31,840 nucleotides of DNA from Candidatus Micrarchaeia archaeon (GCA_046538155.1 JBKHJL010000008.1:1-31840); one strand, 5' to 3'; positions 1 to 9,565 are shown, counted from the first letter of the stretch. Numbers and translations: made by a program. The notes: generated from the sequence alone by a model not told the origin.

Positions 1-3000
1 TGCCCACAGAATCATCAATATCCATCACCGTATAATTCTGGAGTGAGCCGGTGGGATTGGTAAAAGTAACATTTTCTCCTTCAAAAGAGAATGCTCCTCC
101 TGTTGAATAAACCAGCAAATCTGCTTCATTGTCATAAAGAGTGAGGTTCTTCAGGTTGTTGTCGCTTCCTGGACCATTGTATAATATTCCATAGCGGTTG
201 CCTGCGGATTCTGAGTAAAATATGTTGTTTTCATTTACTGCATCTTCAAATGAAAACCCGTCCTGCGTATTGTTTGTTGAACTGCAGTTGGTAATGTTGT
301 TCAGGGAGGAGGAGGTTCTGAATTTGAACCCCATCCATGTGTTGTTGTATGCTCTGCTGTCTTCTATTACATTGTGGGTTGAAGTGGAGGTAATGAAAAA
401 TCCGTCTTCCCCGTTCAGGTAGGATTCGGTGTTTGTTATGTTGTTGTAATCTGAATCGTAAATCCTTACTCCCCTCCAGCTGTTGTTGTAGAAATAGCTG
501 TCTTCCAGGGAGTTTTTGTTTGAATTCCTTATGTAAATTCCATTTTCTGAATTGTTGTATGCTTCCAGGTAGTCCATCTGTACCTTTGTGTCCGAAGCTG
601 AGGGGTTGTCCAGGTAGAACCCTGTTTTTGTGTTGTTGTGTGTAGTTAGGTAGTATGTGGGGGTCCCATCAAACTCTCCATTTGATGAGCCTGTTGTGTA
701 AACTCCGTGTTCAGTATTGTAGCGCAGGAAAACATAATCTGAAGTGCCTGAGCCAGGGTTGGTTGCTGTAATTTCAAAATTGGTTGTGTCTTCAAAATAA
801 ATTCCTGAGCCTGTGTTGTGCTCTGCAATAAGCGGGTTTGAGCTGTCGTATGGATAGAATGAAACTGCATCTGAATCATAAATCCTTGCCCCGTCCTGGG
901 CATTGTAGCTGAAAGTGCATCCTGAAAAATCAAGTGATGTGGTGCTGTCAGAGTATGCCCCGTATGCTCCATTGTCCGAGTAAAAGCCGGTTGTGGAGGT
1001 TACCGGGTTTGCTGAAGGGTCTGAAGTATTGTTGATTGTGATGCCGTTTCTTGTGTTGTTTACTGCCCTGTTGTCTTCCAACGTCATATGGTTAGTATTA
1101 TTCAGGCTGAATCCGTCCAGCCCGTTTTCCGTTGCATTGTTTCCTGTTGCTGTTGTTCCTGTTGCTATTTCGTTAAAACTGAATCCGTGTTCCGTATTGT
1201 TGTATGCTTTATTGTAGGTTAGCCTGTTGTTGCTGCAGGTATCATACAGGTAGAAACCCTCCTGGGTGTTGTTGTATGCTTCGGACCGGGTTATGTTGTT
1301 GTATGTGGATTCAGTAAAATAAATTCCCCTGGTGTTGTTGTAGGCGGTTATGTTCGTTAGGTTGTTGTAATTTGCCTGGCGGACCACCAGCCCTGCGCTG
1401 TTGTTCTTGAACACCAGGTTGCTACCGTGGCTTGAATTAACATAATTGAAATAACCTCCCATGTAATACCCCTGCACCAGTGAGCAGTTCTCCACTGTTA
1501 CATTCTCGTAGGTAACAGTATTGTCTCCTGCTACCATTATCCCTACTGCGAATGCTGTTCCATCATTTGTAATATTATATCCGTTGCAGCTGAAAGTTAC
1601 GTCATCCGATTTTATTACAACGCAGGCATCGGATATTCCTGCCGCTGAAGGGTCATTGGGCGCTCCTTCCGCATTTGTTGAGAGGGCGTATATTCCGGGG
1701 GAAGAGATTACCTGGCATCCGCTTTCTTCAAGAATTGTAATATTGTTTGAGCAGTTCTGTTCCCCTGCCTGATATCCATCATTGGGTGTTACACAGGCCT
1801 GCCAGGTATCATCAACATCTGTCTGCTGGGAAACAATAGTATCCGTTCTGTTCTGGGCAATTGCCTGAATCTGTTCGGCTTCCAGGCTCATGTTATACAC
1901 TCGTATATCATCTGCTGAGCCTACCCATGCCTGTCCTGCATTAAAGGCCCCTCCACAGGAGTCCTGCTCCTGGCAGAGGATGAAACCGGTGGAGCCAGCA
2001 CAACCCACGTCAAGTGTGGCACCATTCACGGTTTCCGTCCCCATGGACTGCCCGTTTACAAAGAACTCCCCTGTTGTGCCAGTTCTCTTGAATGCCATGT
2101 GTGTCCATTCATTCTGGTTCAGGGTAAAACCAGTAAAGTCATCTGAATCACCTCTGATTGAAATTCTCATTATGTTCGAATTAATTACATACATGAAGAA
2201 TTCATTGCTGCTTGAGCTCCCTGCCGCTGAAAAGATTGCTCTGTCGTCTCCGGAATTTGAATAGCTCCTGTTTACCCACAGCATGATTGTAAAATCCTGC
2301 AGGCCGTCTATTGCGCTGTTGTTCATCTCCATGTACACACTGGTATCCGCTTCACACTCATAGGCCCCCCAGCCATCATAACCCCCATTTGGAAGATAAT
2401 TCATTGAGTGGACGGCTGTCACATTATGGCCATATGTGGTATAGTCTCTGCCCCTTTCGGATTCTTTGCCCCCCTCAAATGGAAGGAACATCGTCATTAT
2501 GGATTTGTTTGTTACGCTGCCGTTCGTCAGGAACCAGGTGGTCATATTCTTTACTGCCGAGCCCTCAGGGCTATATGAGTCATACCAGACAGTGATGTTT
2601 TCAGTTGTGTAATTTGTGCCATCTGTGGAATTCAGGGTAACGTTTTCCACGATTGGGGAGAGCGGGGTTTCTATAGTAAGGTTTCCGCATACTGCAGGAT
2701 TTATTGAATCCTCCAGATATCCATTTGGAAGAACACATGCTTTCCAGGTTTCCTCATAATATGTTTCCTCTGATGATATATTGTTGGGTATACTGTTTGA
2801 ATAAATGAACTCTATCTGTTCAGTGCTCAGAGTGTGGTTCCAGAAGCGGACCAGGCTGACTTTTCCGTCAAAATTATCTCCATCTGTGCAGCTTGTTGAT
2901 CCGCCGCTCTGCTCCCCAATGCAGAAAGCCCCGTTGCTGACATCATATGGTCCTCCGAAAGCATGCGAAGCATTCAGCTCCCCATCCATGTACAATTTCA

Positions 3001-5764
3001 TGCTCCCATCTGTTTCATCATAAACTCCTACAAAATGGTGCCATTCTCCTGTGGAAACAGGGTAATCAGAATGTATGTACTGATAAGTTCCACCAGTATC
3101 AACACGGAAATATGCACTCCCATTTGAGCGAATCCCGATTCCATACCCCCCATACTGTATGGTAGAAACTATCTCTGCTATGTCCGCAGGGGTTGTGTCC
3201 GGATAAGCCCATGCTTCTATGGTAAATTTGCCTGCATCAAGAATTCCGCTTGCATCACTCTGGTCAATTTTGATGTAATCTGAAGCTGAATCAAAATCAT
3301 AGCCGGGGCTTCCATCATGAATATCCGGATCCCAGGCAACACCATTTAGTGTTCCATTCAACCCAAATGGAGAATAGTCTTTTGCAACCTCAGGTGTTCT
3401 TCCATCATATGCTTCAAAGGGGAAATAGACGCCAAGCAGGGGCACTTCATCAACGTACCAGTTCACAATCCCTTTTTCCGAGCTATTGAACAAATCATAC
3501 GAAAGAGTGAGATTCTCGCTGGTCTTATTTGTCCCAAAAGTTGAATCCACACTGACATTTTCAACTCCAAGTGCGGCTATGGTAAGATTGTTTGAGCAGT
3601 TCTGCAGGCCATCCTCTGTGCCGTCATTGGGGGTGACGCAGGCCTGCCAGACCTCTCCCTGTGTGGTTTCATTCCAGGAAAGGAAATCTGTCTGGTTATT
3701 ATAAATCATTTCAATCTGCTCAGGTGTGAGGCGGCGGTCATATACTCTGACTTCGTCTATGGGACCTGCCCACTCATTGGATACTGTGCCCCCGTCAAAC
3801 TCCTGGCCAAGCGAAATCTGGCCGTCTGAAGGAATATCGGCAAAAGAACAATCCCCAAGATACTCCCCATCCATATAGAGAGATGCAATCTGGGAAGTGT
3901 CATCCAGAATCAGACCAACCTGGTGCCAGTCGCCAACTGCAAATGTGGCAGAAGCATCCGGCGAACAATGGGTTCCATAATATAGGATAAGGGCATTGTC
4001 TGAATTTCTCATCCCAAAAAGGAATCTGTTTGTCCCTCCGGATGTATGCCCGGAATAGATATACTGGTCTTCAGAGCTGTCCTCATCAAGCTTTACCCAT
4101 GCAAGGAATGTGGTAATGCTCCCGTCGATATGGGGGGCAAGGACGTTCAGGTTCATGTAGTCGCTTCCGGTAGTGTAATTGTAAGTCCCCCATCCGTCAA
4201 AGCCCCCGGTTGCAAGCCATTCAGGGGAGTTTACTGGGGTCCCGTTAAGCTCATTTGAGGTATAATCCCTTGTCCATGTGGAATTGCTCCCTGCTTCAAA
4301 GGGAAGGAATGTGAGCATGAGAGAAGCGTTTCCATCAGAGTTCAGGTACCAGGTTGTAAGATTCTTTACAGAATCGCCATCAGTATCATAGGCATCATAC
4401 CAGACAGTGAGGTTTTCTGTAGTATAATTGGTTCCGTAAGTGGAATTAAGGGTGACATTCTCAACTGCCGGGTCATCATGGATAAGGTCAAACTCAAGAT
4501 AACCAGTTGAGCCGCCCTTCACCTCAAAATCAAAAGAATCAGTGGGCTCCGCAAGATTCTGCACCTTTATCAGCTTCCATTCCTCTGAAGGAGAAATCTG
4601 CCCGGATGTTCCAACAAGGGGGGTAGTGGAATTCTCAGGATAGATATCAAAGTAAACGTTGGAATCTCCGCCGCTGCGCACATAAACATCAATTATCCTG
4701 CCGTTGGTAAGATTGTCCTCAAAAAGCACATGGACAAAGTCCCCAACCGGAATCTTCTCGGACCAGTTCCCATCCAGGTAATAGACATCATCGGTGATGT
4801 CCGAGATAAAGCCGCGGGAGGAATCCAGGTGCTCCGCATAAGTTATGTTTATCTCCCCAACACTGTAATTTGAGAAGCCGGAAACATCAAATTCTGCAGT
4901 CCCAGAAGCAGAATCATAAATGAAGTTGCTGCAAATATCCTCAGGGCAGGGCTCCCCATCCCTTAGGGGAAATGGGGAATTGAGGCCATAAAGATTCGTG
5001 AAAACCAGGTGCGCGGGCTGGTCAAACTGAGGGTATTTTTCTGAATCAATTCCTATGTGGTTTCGCTGGATTTTAAGGACACTTGAAAGGTCCAGTTCGG
5101 TGCTCCCTATATCCAGCCTGAGCTTGCTGAATTCAACCGAGCCCCCGGTGCCCTCAAAAACCGTATCCTTTACCTCCACATTGGTGAGGTTCTGGAGAAC
5201 TGCATGGGTGCAGATTATAGTTGTGCGGGAACTCTCGTTGTCATGCCTAACTTCAGTCTTGTTCAGATAAACCTTTCCAAGACTTAATTCTTCATTTATG
5301 TATCCCGCAACCCGCACCTTTTCCTCCTTAGTTATGCAATATACGGATTTGTAGCCCATCCTCTCGCATGCTGATTTTGAAGAACCCTGGGGCTCCTGCT
5401 CAGGTCCTGATGCAGATGGCCCGGCAGAGGTAGCATTTTCGGAATCCACAACTTCCTCTATGGGAATCAAGCCGGAATTGTTGCCCTGGGGAGCCCCGGA
5501 AGAAGTATCCACTGCCTCCTCTATTGGCACGAGCCCGGAGTTATTTTCCCCGGGATAATCTGTGGTGTTGGTTGTCTGGTTTTGAGAAGAATTCCCTGTA
5601 GAAACAAGGGTTTCAATATCCACGACAGACCATCCGGAACCCCCCATTTCAGAAGGAGCAAAACCAAGCAGTGTAGAGGCTGGGCCTTCAAAGAAATTTC
5701 CTGCCAGGGAGAGGAGGAAAATTATGGGGATTATTATAGACCAGACTTTTGAATGTCCTCGCAT
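1..5764 (-). CDS. Giant secreted surface protein (at least 1921 aa, 3' end beyond the window): signal peptide, 3 LamG/concanavalin-A-like modules, NosD/pectin-lyase-like right-handed beta-helix
   Basis: Not in the ORF track. Manual translation from ATG at 5764 (GGGTGG upstream) gives MRGHSKVWSIIIPIIFLLSLAG..., open to position 2 (...MDIDDSVG). LamG-like motifs: GDWHQVGL..LYMDG..IDEVRVYDRRLTPEQI; GEWHHFVGVYD..KLYMDGEL; NEWTHMAF..FFVNG..DDIRVYN. Below ~1730 there are many 'AYNNT-xG(F/I)Y' beta-helix turns. NxS/T sequons are very frequent. Confidence 0.92.
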   Translation of the reverse strand, partial: MRGHSKVWSIIIPIIFLLSLAGNFFEGPASTLLGFAPSEMGGSGWSVVDIETLVSTGNSSQNQTTNTTDYPGENNSGLVPIEEAVDTSSGAPQGNNSGLIPIEEVVDSENATSAGPSASGPEQEPQGSSKSACERMGYKSVYCITKEEKVRVAGYINEELSLGKVYLNKTEVRHDNESSRTTIICTHAVLQNLTNVEVKDTVFEGTGGSVEFSKLRLDIGSTELDLSSVLKIQRNHIGIDSEKYPQFDQPAHLVFTNLYGLNSPFPLRDGEPCPEDICSNFIYDSASGTAEFDVSGFSNYSVGEINITYAEHLDSSRGFISDITDDVYYLDGNWSEKIPVGDFVHVLFEDNLTNGRIIDVYVRSGGDSNVYFDIYPENSTTPLVGTSGQISPSEEWKLIKVQNLAEPTDSFDFEVKGGSTGYLEFDLIHDDPAVENVTLNSTYGTNYTTENLTVWYDAYDTDGDSVKNLTTWYLNSDGNASLMLTFLPFEAGSNSTWTRDYTSNELNGTPVNSPEWLATGGFDGWGTYNYTTGSDYMNLNVLAPHIDGSITTFLAWVKLDEDSSEDQYIYSGHTSGGTNRFLFGMRNSDNALILYYGTHCSPDASATFAVGDWHQVGLILDDTSQIASLYMDGEYLGDCSFADIPSDGQISLGQEFDGGTVSNEWAGPIDEVRVYDRRLTPEQIEMIYNNQTDFLSWNETTQGEVWQACVTPNDGTEDGLQNCSNNLTIAALGVENVSVDSTFGTNKTSENLTLSYDLFNSSEKGIVNWYVDEVPLLGVYFPFEAYDGRTPEVAKDYSPFGLNGTLNGVAWDPDIHDGSPGYDFDSASDYIKIDQSDASGILDAGKFTIEAWAYPDTTPADIAEIVSTIQYGGYGIGIRSNGSAYFRVDTGGTYQYIHSDYPVSTGEWHHFVGVYDETDGSMKLYMDGELNASHAFGGPYDVSNGAFCIGEQSGGSTSCTDGDNFDGKVSLVRFWNHTLSTEQIEFIYSNSIPNNISSEETYYEETWKACVLPNGYLEDSINPAVCGNLTIETPLSPIVENVTLNSTDGTNYTTENITVWYDSYSPEGSAVKNMTTWFLTNGSVTNKSIMTMFLPFEGGKESERGRDYTTYGHNVTAVHSMNYLPNGGYDGWGAYECEADTSVYMEMNNSAIDGLQDFTIMLWVNRSYSNSGDDRAIFSAAGSSSSNEFFMYVINSNIMRISIRGDSDDFTGFTLNQNEWTHMAFKRTGTTGEFFVNGQSMGTETVNGATLDVGCAGSTGFILCQEQDSCGGAFNAGQAWVGSADDIRVYNMSLEAEQIQAIAQNRTDTIVSQQTDVDDTWQACVTPNDGYQAGEQNCSNNITILEESGCQVISSPGIYALSTNAEGAPNDPSAAGISDACVVIKSDDVTFSCNGYNITNDGTAFAVGIMVAGDNTVTYENVTVENCSLVQGYYMGGYFNYVNSSHGSNLVFKNNSAGLVVRQANYNNLTNITAYNNTRGIYFTESTYNNITRSEAYNNTQEGFYLYDTCSNNRLTYNKAYNNTEHGFSFNEIATGTTATGNNATENGLDGFSLNNTNHMTLEDNRAVNNTRNGITINNTSDPSANPVTSTTGFYSDNGAYGAYSDSTTSLDFSGCTFSYNAQDGARIYDSDAVSFYPYDSSNPLIAEHNTGSGIYFEDTTNFEITATNPGSGTSDYVFLRYNTEHGVYTTGSSNGEFDGTPTYYLTTHNNTKTGFYLDNPSASDTKVQMDYLEAYNNSENGIYIRNSNKNSLEDSYFYNNSWRGVRIYDSDYNNITNTESYLNGEDGFFITSTSTHNVIEDSRAYNNTWMGFKFRTSSSLNNITNCSSTNNTQDGFSFEDAVNENNIFYSESAGNRYGILYNGPGSDNNLKNLTLYDNEADLLVYSTGGAFSFEGENVTFTNPTGSLQNYTVMDIDDSVG
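1740..4472 (-). repeat. Three tandem ~300-codon intragenic modules, each a linker/Ig-like part plus a LamG domain (about 4472-3580, 3575-2680, 2660-1740)
   Basis: Modules open with VENVTLNSTYGTNYTTENLTVWYD / VENVSVDSTFGTNKTSENLTLSYD / VENVTLNSTDGTNYTTENITVWYD. They close with WQACVTPNDG..QNCSNNLTI / WKACVLPNG..VCGNLTI / WQACVTPNDG..QNCSNNITI. Confidence 0.85.
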
Positions 5765-5840
5765 GCCACCCTACACCGAGTGGGAATCTGCAATAAAGTA
5801 TTTATATACTTCATTAGTGCAATATTATTAAACTCAAATT

Positions 5841-7583
5841 TTACTCTACTGTAACAGATTTCGCAAGATTCCTCGGCTTATCCACATCACAGTCGCGCAA
5901 ATCCGCCATGTGATAGGCAAAAAGCTGAAGTGGCACTACTGTAAGGAAGGGATAGAGCTCCTCCTCTGTTTCCGGAACAACAAATAAATCAGTGGAATAC
6001 TCAGAAATTTCTTTGTCTCCTTCTGTAGCAACTGCAATGACCCTACCGTTTCTTGCCCGAATCTCCTGTATATTAGATACCATCTTTGGATATACGCTGT
6101 CCCTGGGGGCTACTGCCACGGTGGGCACCTCATCGCAAACCAGGGCAATCGGGCCGTGCTTCATCTCGCCCGAAGCATAACCCTCTGCATGAATGTAGGA
6201 AATTTCCTTCAGCTTAAGCGCACCCTCCATGGCAACCGGAAAGTTGAAGCTTCTGCCCATATAAAGGAAATTGTAAACCCGGAAGTACTTTTTCGCTGTT
6301 TCCCGTATGCTTTCGCTGCAGGAGATAACCTGCTCAATCTTTTCAGGGAGGGAAGAAAGCGGCAGCTCTTCCCCTGAAAGTTTTGAGGAGAGGCGGTAAA
6401 GTGCAACAAGCTGGGACAGGAAGGCCTTTGTGGAAGCAACCCCTATCTCCGGGCCTGCTGCAGTATATACAACCGAATCGGCCTCCCTCGCAATTGTGCT
6501 CTCCTTCACATTAATGATTCCCAGGGTTTTTGCCCCCTTTTGCTTGGCAAGGCGCAGGGCGGCAAGGGTATCTGCCGTTTCCCCGGACTGGGAGATTGCA
6601 ACAAAAAGGTCGTTCTCCCCTACTACAGGATTTGAATACCTGAACTCTGAAGCAGGGACGACCTCAACCGGAATCCTTGCCTGTTTCTCAAGAATATATT
6701 TTCCGGTAAGGCCGGCATAAAAAGCAGTCCCGCAGGCAACAATGAATATCTTTTCCGGTCCTGGTTCCATTTCAAAATCAAAGGGCGCGGAAATTGATTC
6801 CCGCACAACCCTGGGCTGTTCATATACCTCCTTGAGCATAAAATGCTTGTATCCCTGCTTCTGGGCACATTCCACATCCCAGTCTATTTGCTTTACCTCG
6901 GGGGAAACCTGCTTACCTTTGCCGTCAAAAACCTCAACCGAACCTTCACGGATTGTGGCCATCTCAAAATCCTCCAGATAAACCACTTTTTTCGTGTGCT
7001 CCACAAATGCGGAAACATCCGAGCCTATGAAATTTTCGCCCTCGCCCAACCCTATTGCAAGCGGGGAGCCGTTTCGGGCAACCACAACCTGTTCTGAATC
7101 AGCACAAACTGCGCAGACAGCATAGGTTCCGTTCAGCACTTTCATGGTTTTGAGCATGGCACCCCTCAGGTTCCCGGAATAATTCTTTTCAAGAAGGTGG
7201 GCAATGACTTCAGAATCCGTGTCAGAACGAAAACCTGCATCCCCGAGACCCTCCTTAAGCTGGAGGTAATTCTCAATTATCCCATTGTGGACTATCGCGA
7301 TTTTCCCTGATGGGGAAAGATGGGGGTGTGCGTTCTTTTCAGAAGGCACTCCATGGGTTCCCCAGCGGGTATGGGCTATGCCCAGGGTGCCGGGAAGTGA
7401 GGAAAAACCAAGTTCTGGTGCAGCTTCCGAAACCTTGCCTTTTCCCTTGCGCAGGGATATCGCGCCTTTTGAGAGCGTGCAGATTCCGACTGAATCATAC
7501 CCTCTGTATTCCAGGTTTTTTATGGATTTGAGAAGCAATTCGCCTGCTTTTCTTTTCCCGATGTATCCTGCTATCCCGCACAT
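5841..7583 (-). CDS. glmS: Glutamine--fructose-6-phosphate transaminase (isomerizing)
   Basis: N-terminal MCGI (Ntn Cys), LEYRGYDS, HTRWGTHG, HNGIIEN, SQSGETADT, ASTKAF, EGALKLKEISY, KHGPIAL, C-terminal DKPRNLAKSVTVE. Confidence 0.99.
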   Translation of the reverse strand: MCGIAGYIGKRKAGELLLKSIKNLEYRGYDSVGICTLSKGAISLRKGKGKVSEAAPELGFSSLPGTLGIAHTRWGTHGVPSEKNAHPHLSPSGKIAIVHNGIIENYLQLKEGLGDAGFRSDTDSEVIAHLLEKNYSGNLRGAMLKTMKVLNGTYAVCAVCADSEQVVVARNGSPLAIGLGEGENFIGSDVSAFVEHTKKVVYLEDFEMATIREGSVEVFDGKGKQVSPEVKQIDWDVECAQKQGYKHFMLKEVYEQPRVVRESISAPFDFEMEPGPEKIFIVACGTAFYAGLTGKYILEKQARIPVEVVPASEFRYSNPVVGENDLFVAISQSGETADTLAALRLAKQKGAKTLGIINVKESTIAREADSVVYTAAGPEIGVASTKAFLSQLVALYRLSSKLSGEELPLSSLPEKIEQVISCSESIRETAKKYFRVYNFLYMGRSFNFPVAMEGALKLKEISYIHAEGYASGEMKHGPIALVCDEVPTVAVAPRDSVYPKMVSNIQEIRARNGRVIAVATEGDKEISEYSTDLFVVPETEEELYPFLTVVPLQLFAYHMADLRDCDVDKPRNLAKSVTVE

Positions 7584-7604
7584 CTTTATTCACCATTGAG
7601 GAGT

Positions 7605-7669
7605 TAGCATAAAAACGGAAAAGCTTTTTAATATTTGTTTATAAAAAATTTTAATAGCATAAAAAATTT
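7605..7669. promoter_or_regulatory. AT-rich divergent promoter region between glmS and the wHTH gene, with TATA-like boxes and direct repeats
   Basis: TTTTTAATA (~7625) and TTTATAAA (7638-7645). TAGCATAAAAA occurs at 7605 and 7655; ATAAAAAATTT at 7641 and 7659. Confidence 0.55.
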
Positions 7670-7686
7670 ATTTGAAAGGTGAGTTC

Positions 7687-8583
7687 ATGAAATTAGTTTC
7701 AGAAGATAAAAAGGCAATGGAATGCAAGGAGATAGGCCCGGAAGCACTGAAAGTGCTTTCCCCGGAAAGAACTGAAATGCTGAAAATGATTGCAAAAAAG
7801 CCAATGTACCCTGCCCAGATTGCAAGGGAAATGGGGATGCAGGTGCAGGCAGTGTATTACCACATAAACCTGCTGGAAAAGGCGGGGCTGGCCGGATTTG
7901 CAGAATATGAGGAAAGGGGAGGAGCAGTCGCAAAGAAGTTTTCAAGTGCTTCAGACAGCCTTGCAGTGGTGCTAAACAGCCGGGCCTGGGGGGAATACAA
8001 GAAACAGAAGGAGGAGGTTCCCCGTTTGCTCTCATTCTTCATAAAAAACGGCAGGTTTGACGGGCTTGCCGTGCTGGGCTCCCCCGACCCGCACGGTAAA
8101 TACCGGGCAAGGGGGAATGAACTCTGCATGGCGGAATTCGGAATGCTGCTCGGGCAATATGCCGGATTCTCTTTTCCGTTCTACATGCTGGACACGGAGA
8201 TAAAAGAAGGGGAGAAAGAGGGAAATTTGGTACTCGCCGGAGGGCCAAAGGTAAACACTCTTGTTTCTGAAGTGAATGGGTTTTTGCCTATACGATTTGA
8301 AGAAGGAAGCTTTGATGTTTACAGCACCCTGTCGGGAAAAAAATACAGAGAAAACATAGGGATTGTAGAACTCATCCAAAATCCATTCAACAAAAGAAAA
8401 AGGCTGCTGCTGCTCGGGGGGCTAAACCAGAACGGCACAAGGGCCGCGGTTCTTGCACTCATAAAAAAGATGAAAGAGGTTGAAGAGGGAAATGCCTACA
8501 ATTCAGACATCATAGCCAAGGTTGTGGAAGGGTTTGATGATAATGGGGATGGGGTAGTGGATGCTGTGGAGGTTTTGGAGTAG
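7687..8583 (+). CDS. ArsR-like winged-HTH transcription regulator with a C-terminal alpha/beta domain resembling the archaeal S-layer_C motif
   Basis: wHTH: LKVLSPERTEMLKMIAKKPMYPAQIAREMGMQVQAVYYHINLLEKAGL. C-terminal NLVLAGGPKVN and LLLLGGLNQNGTRAA. The ATG at 7687 follows GGTGA and is preferred over TTG at 7672. Confidence 0.75.
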   Translation: MKLVSEDKKAMECKEIGPEALKVLSPERTEMLKMIAKKPMYPAQIAREMGMQVQAVYYHINLLEKAGLAGFAEYEERGGAVAKKFSSASDSLAVVLNSRAWGEYKKQKEEVPRLLSFFIKNGRFDGLAVLGSPDPHGKYRARGNELCMAEFGMLLGQYAGFSFPFYMLDTEIKEGEKEGNLVLAGGPKVNTLVSEVNGFLPIRFEEGSFDVYSTLSGKKYRENIGIVELIQNPFNKRKRLLLLGGLNQNGTRAAVLALIKKMKEVEEGNAYNSDIIAKVVEGFDDNGDGVVDAVEVLE

Positions 8584-8662
8584 GTGGCTAAGAAGTGTGG
8601 TAAAAAGACAACACTTATAAATCTAAATAGAGAAACAGTATCAAAATTGTGGGTGTGAATGA

Positions 8663-9547
8663 ATGAACAAATTTAACCTCAGGCTGGCTGATGCAGCCAA
8701 CAGAATGAAGGAAACAAGTGCCCTGCACCCCAAAAGGTGGAAAAACCTTGGCAGAGGCATGCTGGAAAGTATAAACAGAGGGCAGGCACCGAGGATTCTC
8801 GCAGTAGGGCCACGGATTGTCGGGGGGCTAAAGCGACTTTACAGCAAAAAGCCGGGCCACGGGGGAATCCCGGGAACCGTCTTTGAAGTGACCACCATGA
8901 ATGACGGCACATTCGACAAAGTTGGAAAGGGCTCGGTATTGTATGCATTAAACAAGCTGGGTGTGGATGTTGTGGATATCTGGGGAAACGGAAAAGGAAC
9001 CCAGGAAAAGACGTTTGAGAGCCTGAAAAGCTTTGTTTCCAGGCCACTGGAAATGAGGGAACACTCAGTATCGGGGGAAGAAGTCCTGAATCTTGAAGAA
9101 GCCGATTCAGTTGTGCTTGCATGCTCTGACTCACGGATACAGGTCCATGACATTTATGATGATGCAGTGGTGGTTTCAAACGCAGGCAACATCCTCTCTC
9201 CTGCGGCAATAGAAGTGATTGGAGAGATGGTCAGCAAGAAAGTCCCTGTTCTCATGGTGATGGGGCACACAAAATGCGGCGCTGTTGGGGCTGCGAAAGA
9301 AGAAACTCCTGATAGTGAGCTTGCATCTATTGTGAGCATCGTGGCACACAATATGGGGCGGAGTGATGGAAAGGGGGCTCCGGAAATGCAGAATGCAGCA
9401 TTTTCCGCAGGGATACTGAAGGGGGATGAGTTTGCAGAATACTATGGGAGTGGACTGCAGGAACTCCAGGGAAGAGTGAGGGATGCAAAAACAGAAGTGC
9501 TTGCTTCATTCCTGAATTTCTCGGACGGAACAGTTAAGGGGCTTTAA
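8663..9547 (+). CDS. Beta-class carbonic anhydrase-like protein with a degenerate N-terminal CA half and an intact C-terminal Zn site
   Basis: C-terminal half has LACSDSR, SNAGN and MGHTKCGAV. N-terminal half has GQAPRILAVG, PGTVFEV and GSVLYALNKLGVDVVDIWG but no Cys/His ligands. Confidence 0.75.
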   Translation: MNKFNLRLADAANRMKETSALHPKRWKNLGRGMLESINRGQAPRILAVGPRIVGGLKRLYSKKPGHGGIPGTVFEVTTMNDGTFDKVGKGSVLYALNKLGVDVVDIWGNGKGTQEKTFESLKSFVSRPLEMREHSVSGEEVLNLEEADSVVLACSDSRIQVHDIYDDAVVVSNAGNILSPAAIEVIGEMVSKKVPVLMVMGHTKCGAVGAAKEETPDSELASIVSIVAHNMGRSDGKGAPEMQNAAFSAGILKGDEFAEYYGSGLQELQGRVRDAKTEVLASFLNFSDGTVKGL

Positions 9548-9559
9548 CAACCCCTCCTC

Positions 9560-9565
9560 TTTTTT
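9560..9565 (+). terminator. Oligo-T tract, possible archaeal terminator after the first CA gene
   Basis: T6 within a pyrimidine-rich run 13 nt after the stop codon, followed by a TATA-like TTATTTAA about 35 nt before the next ATG. Confidence 0.4.

Noticed and set aside
222..5270. Many short ORFs in the track (for example 222-422, 646-972, 1890-2264)
   Set aside because: They are antisense or out-of-frame shadows of the single giant minus-strand CDS starting at 5764.
7584..7686. glmS ribozyme upstream of glmS
   Set aside because: The region is short and very AT-rich, shows no stable paired stems and is shared with the divergent promoter.
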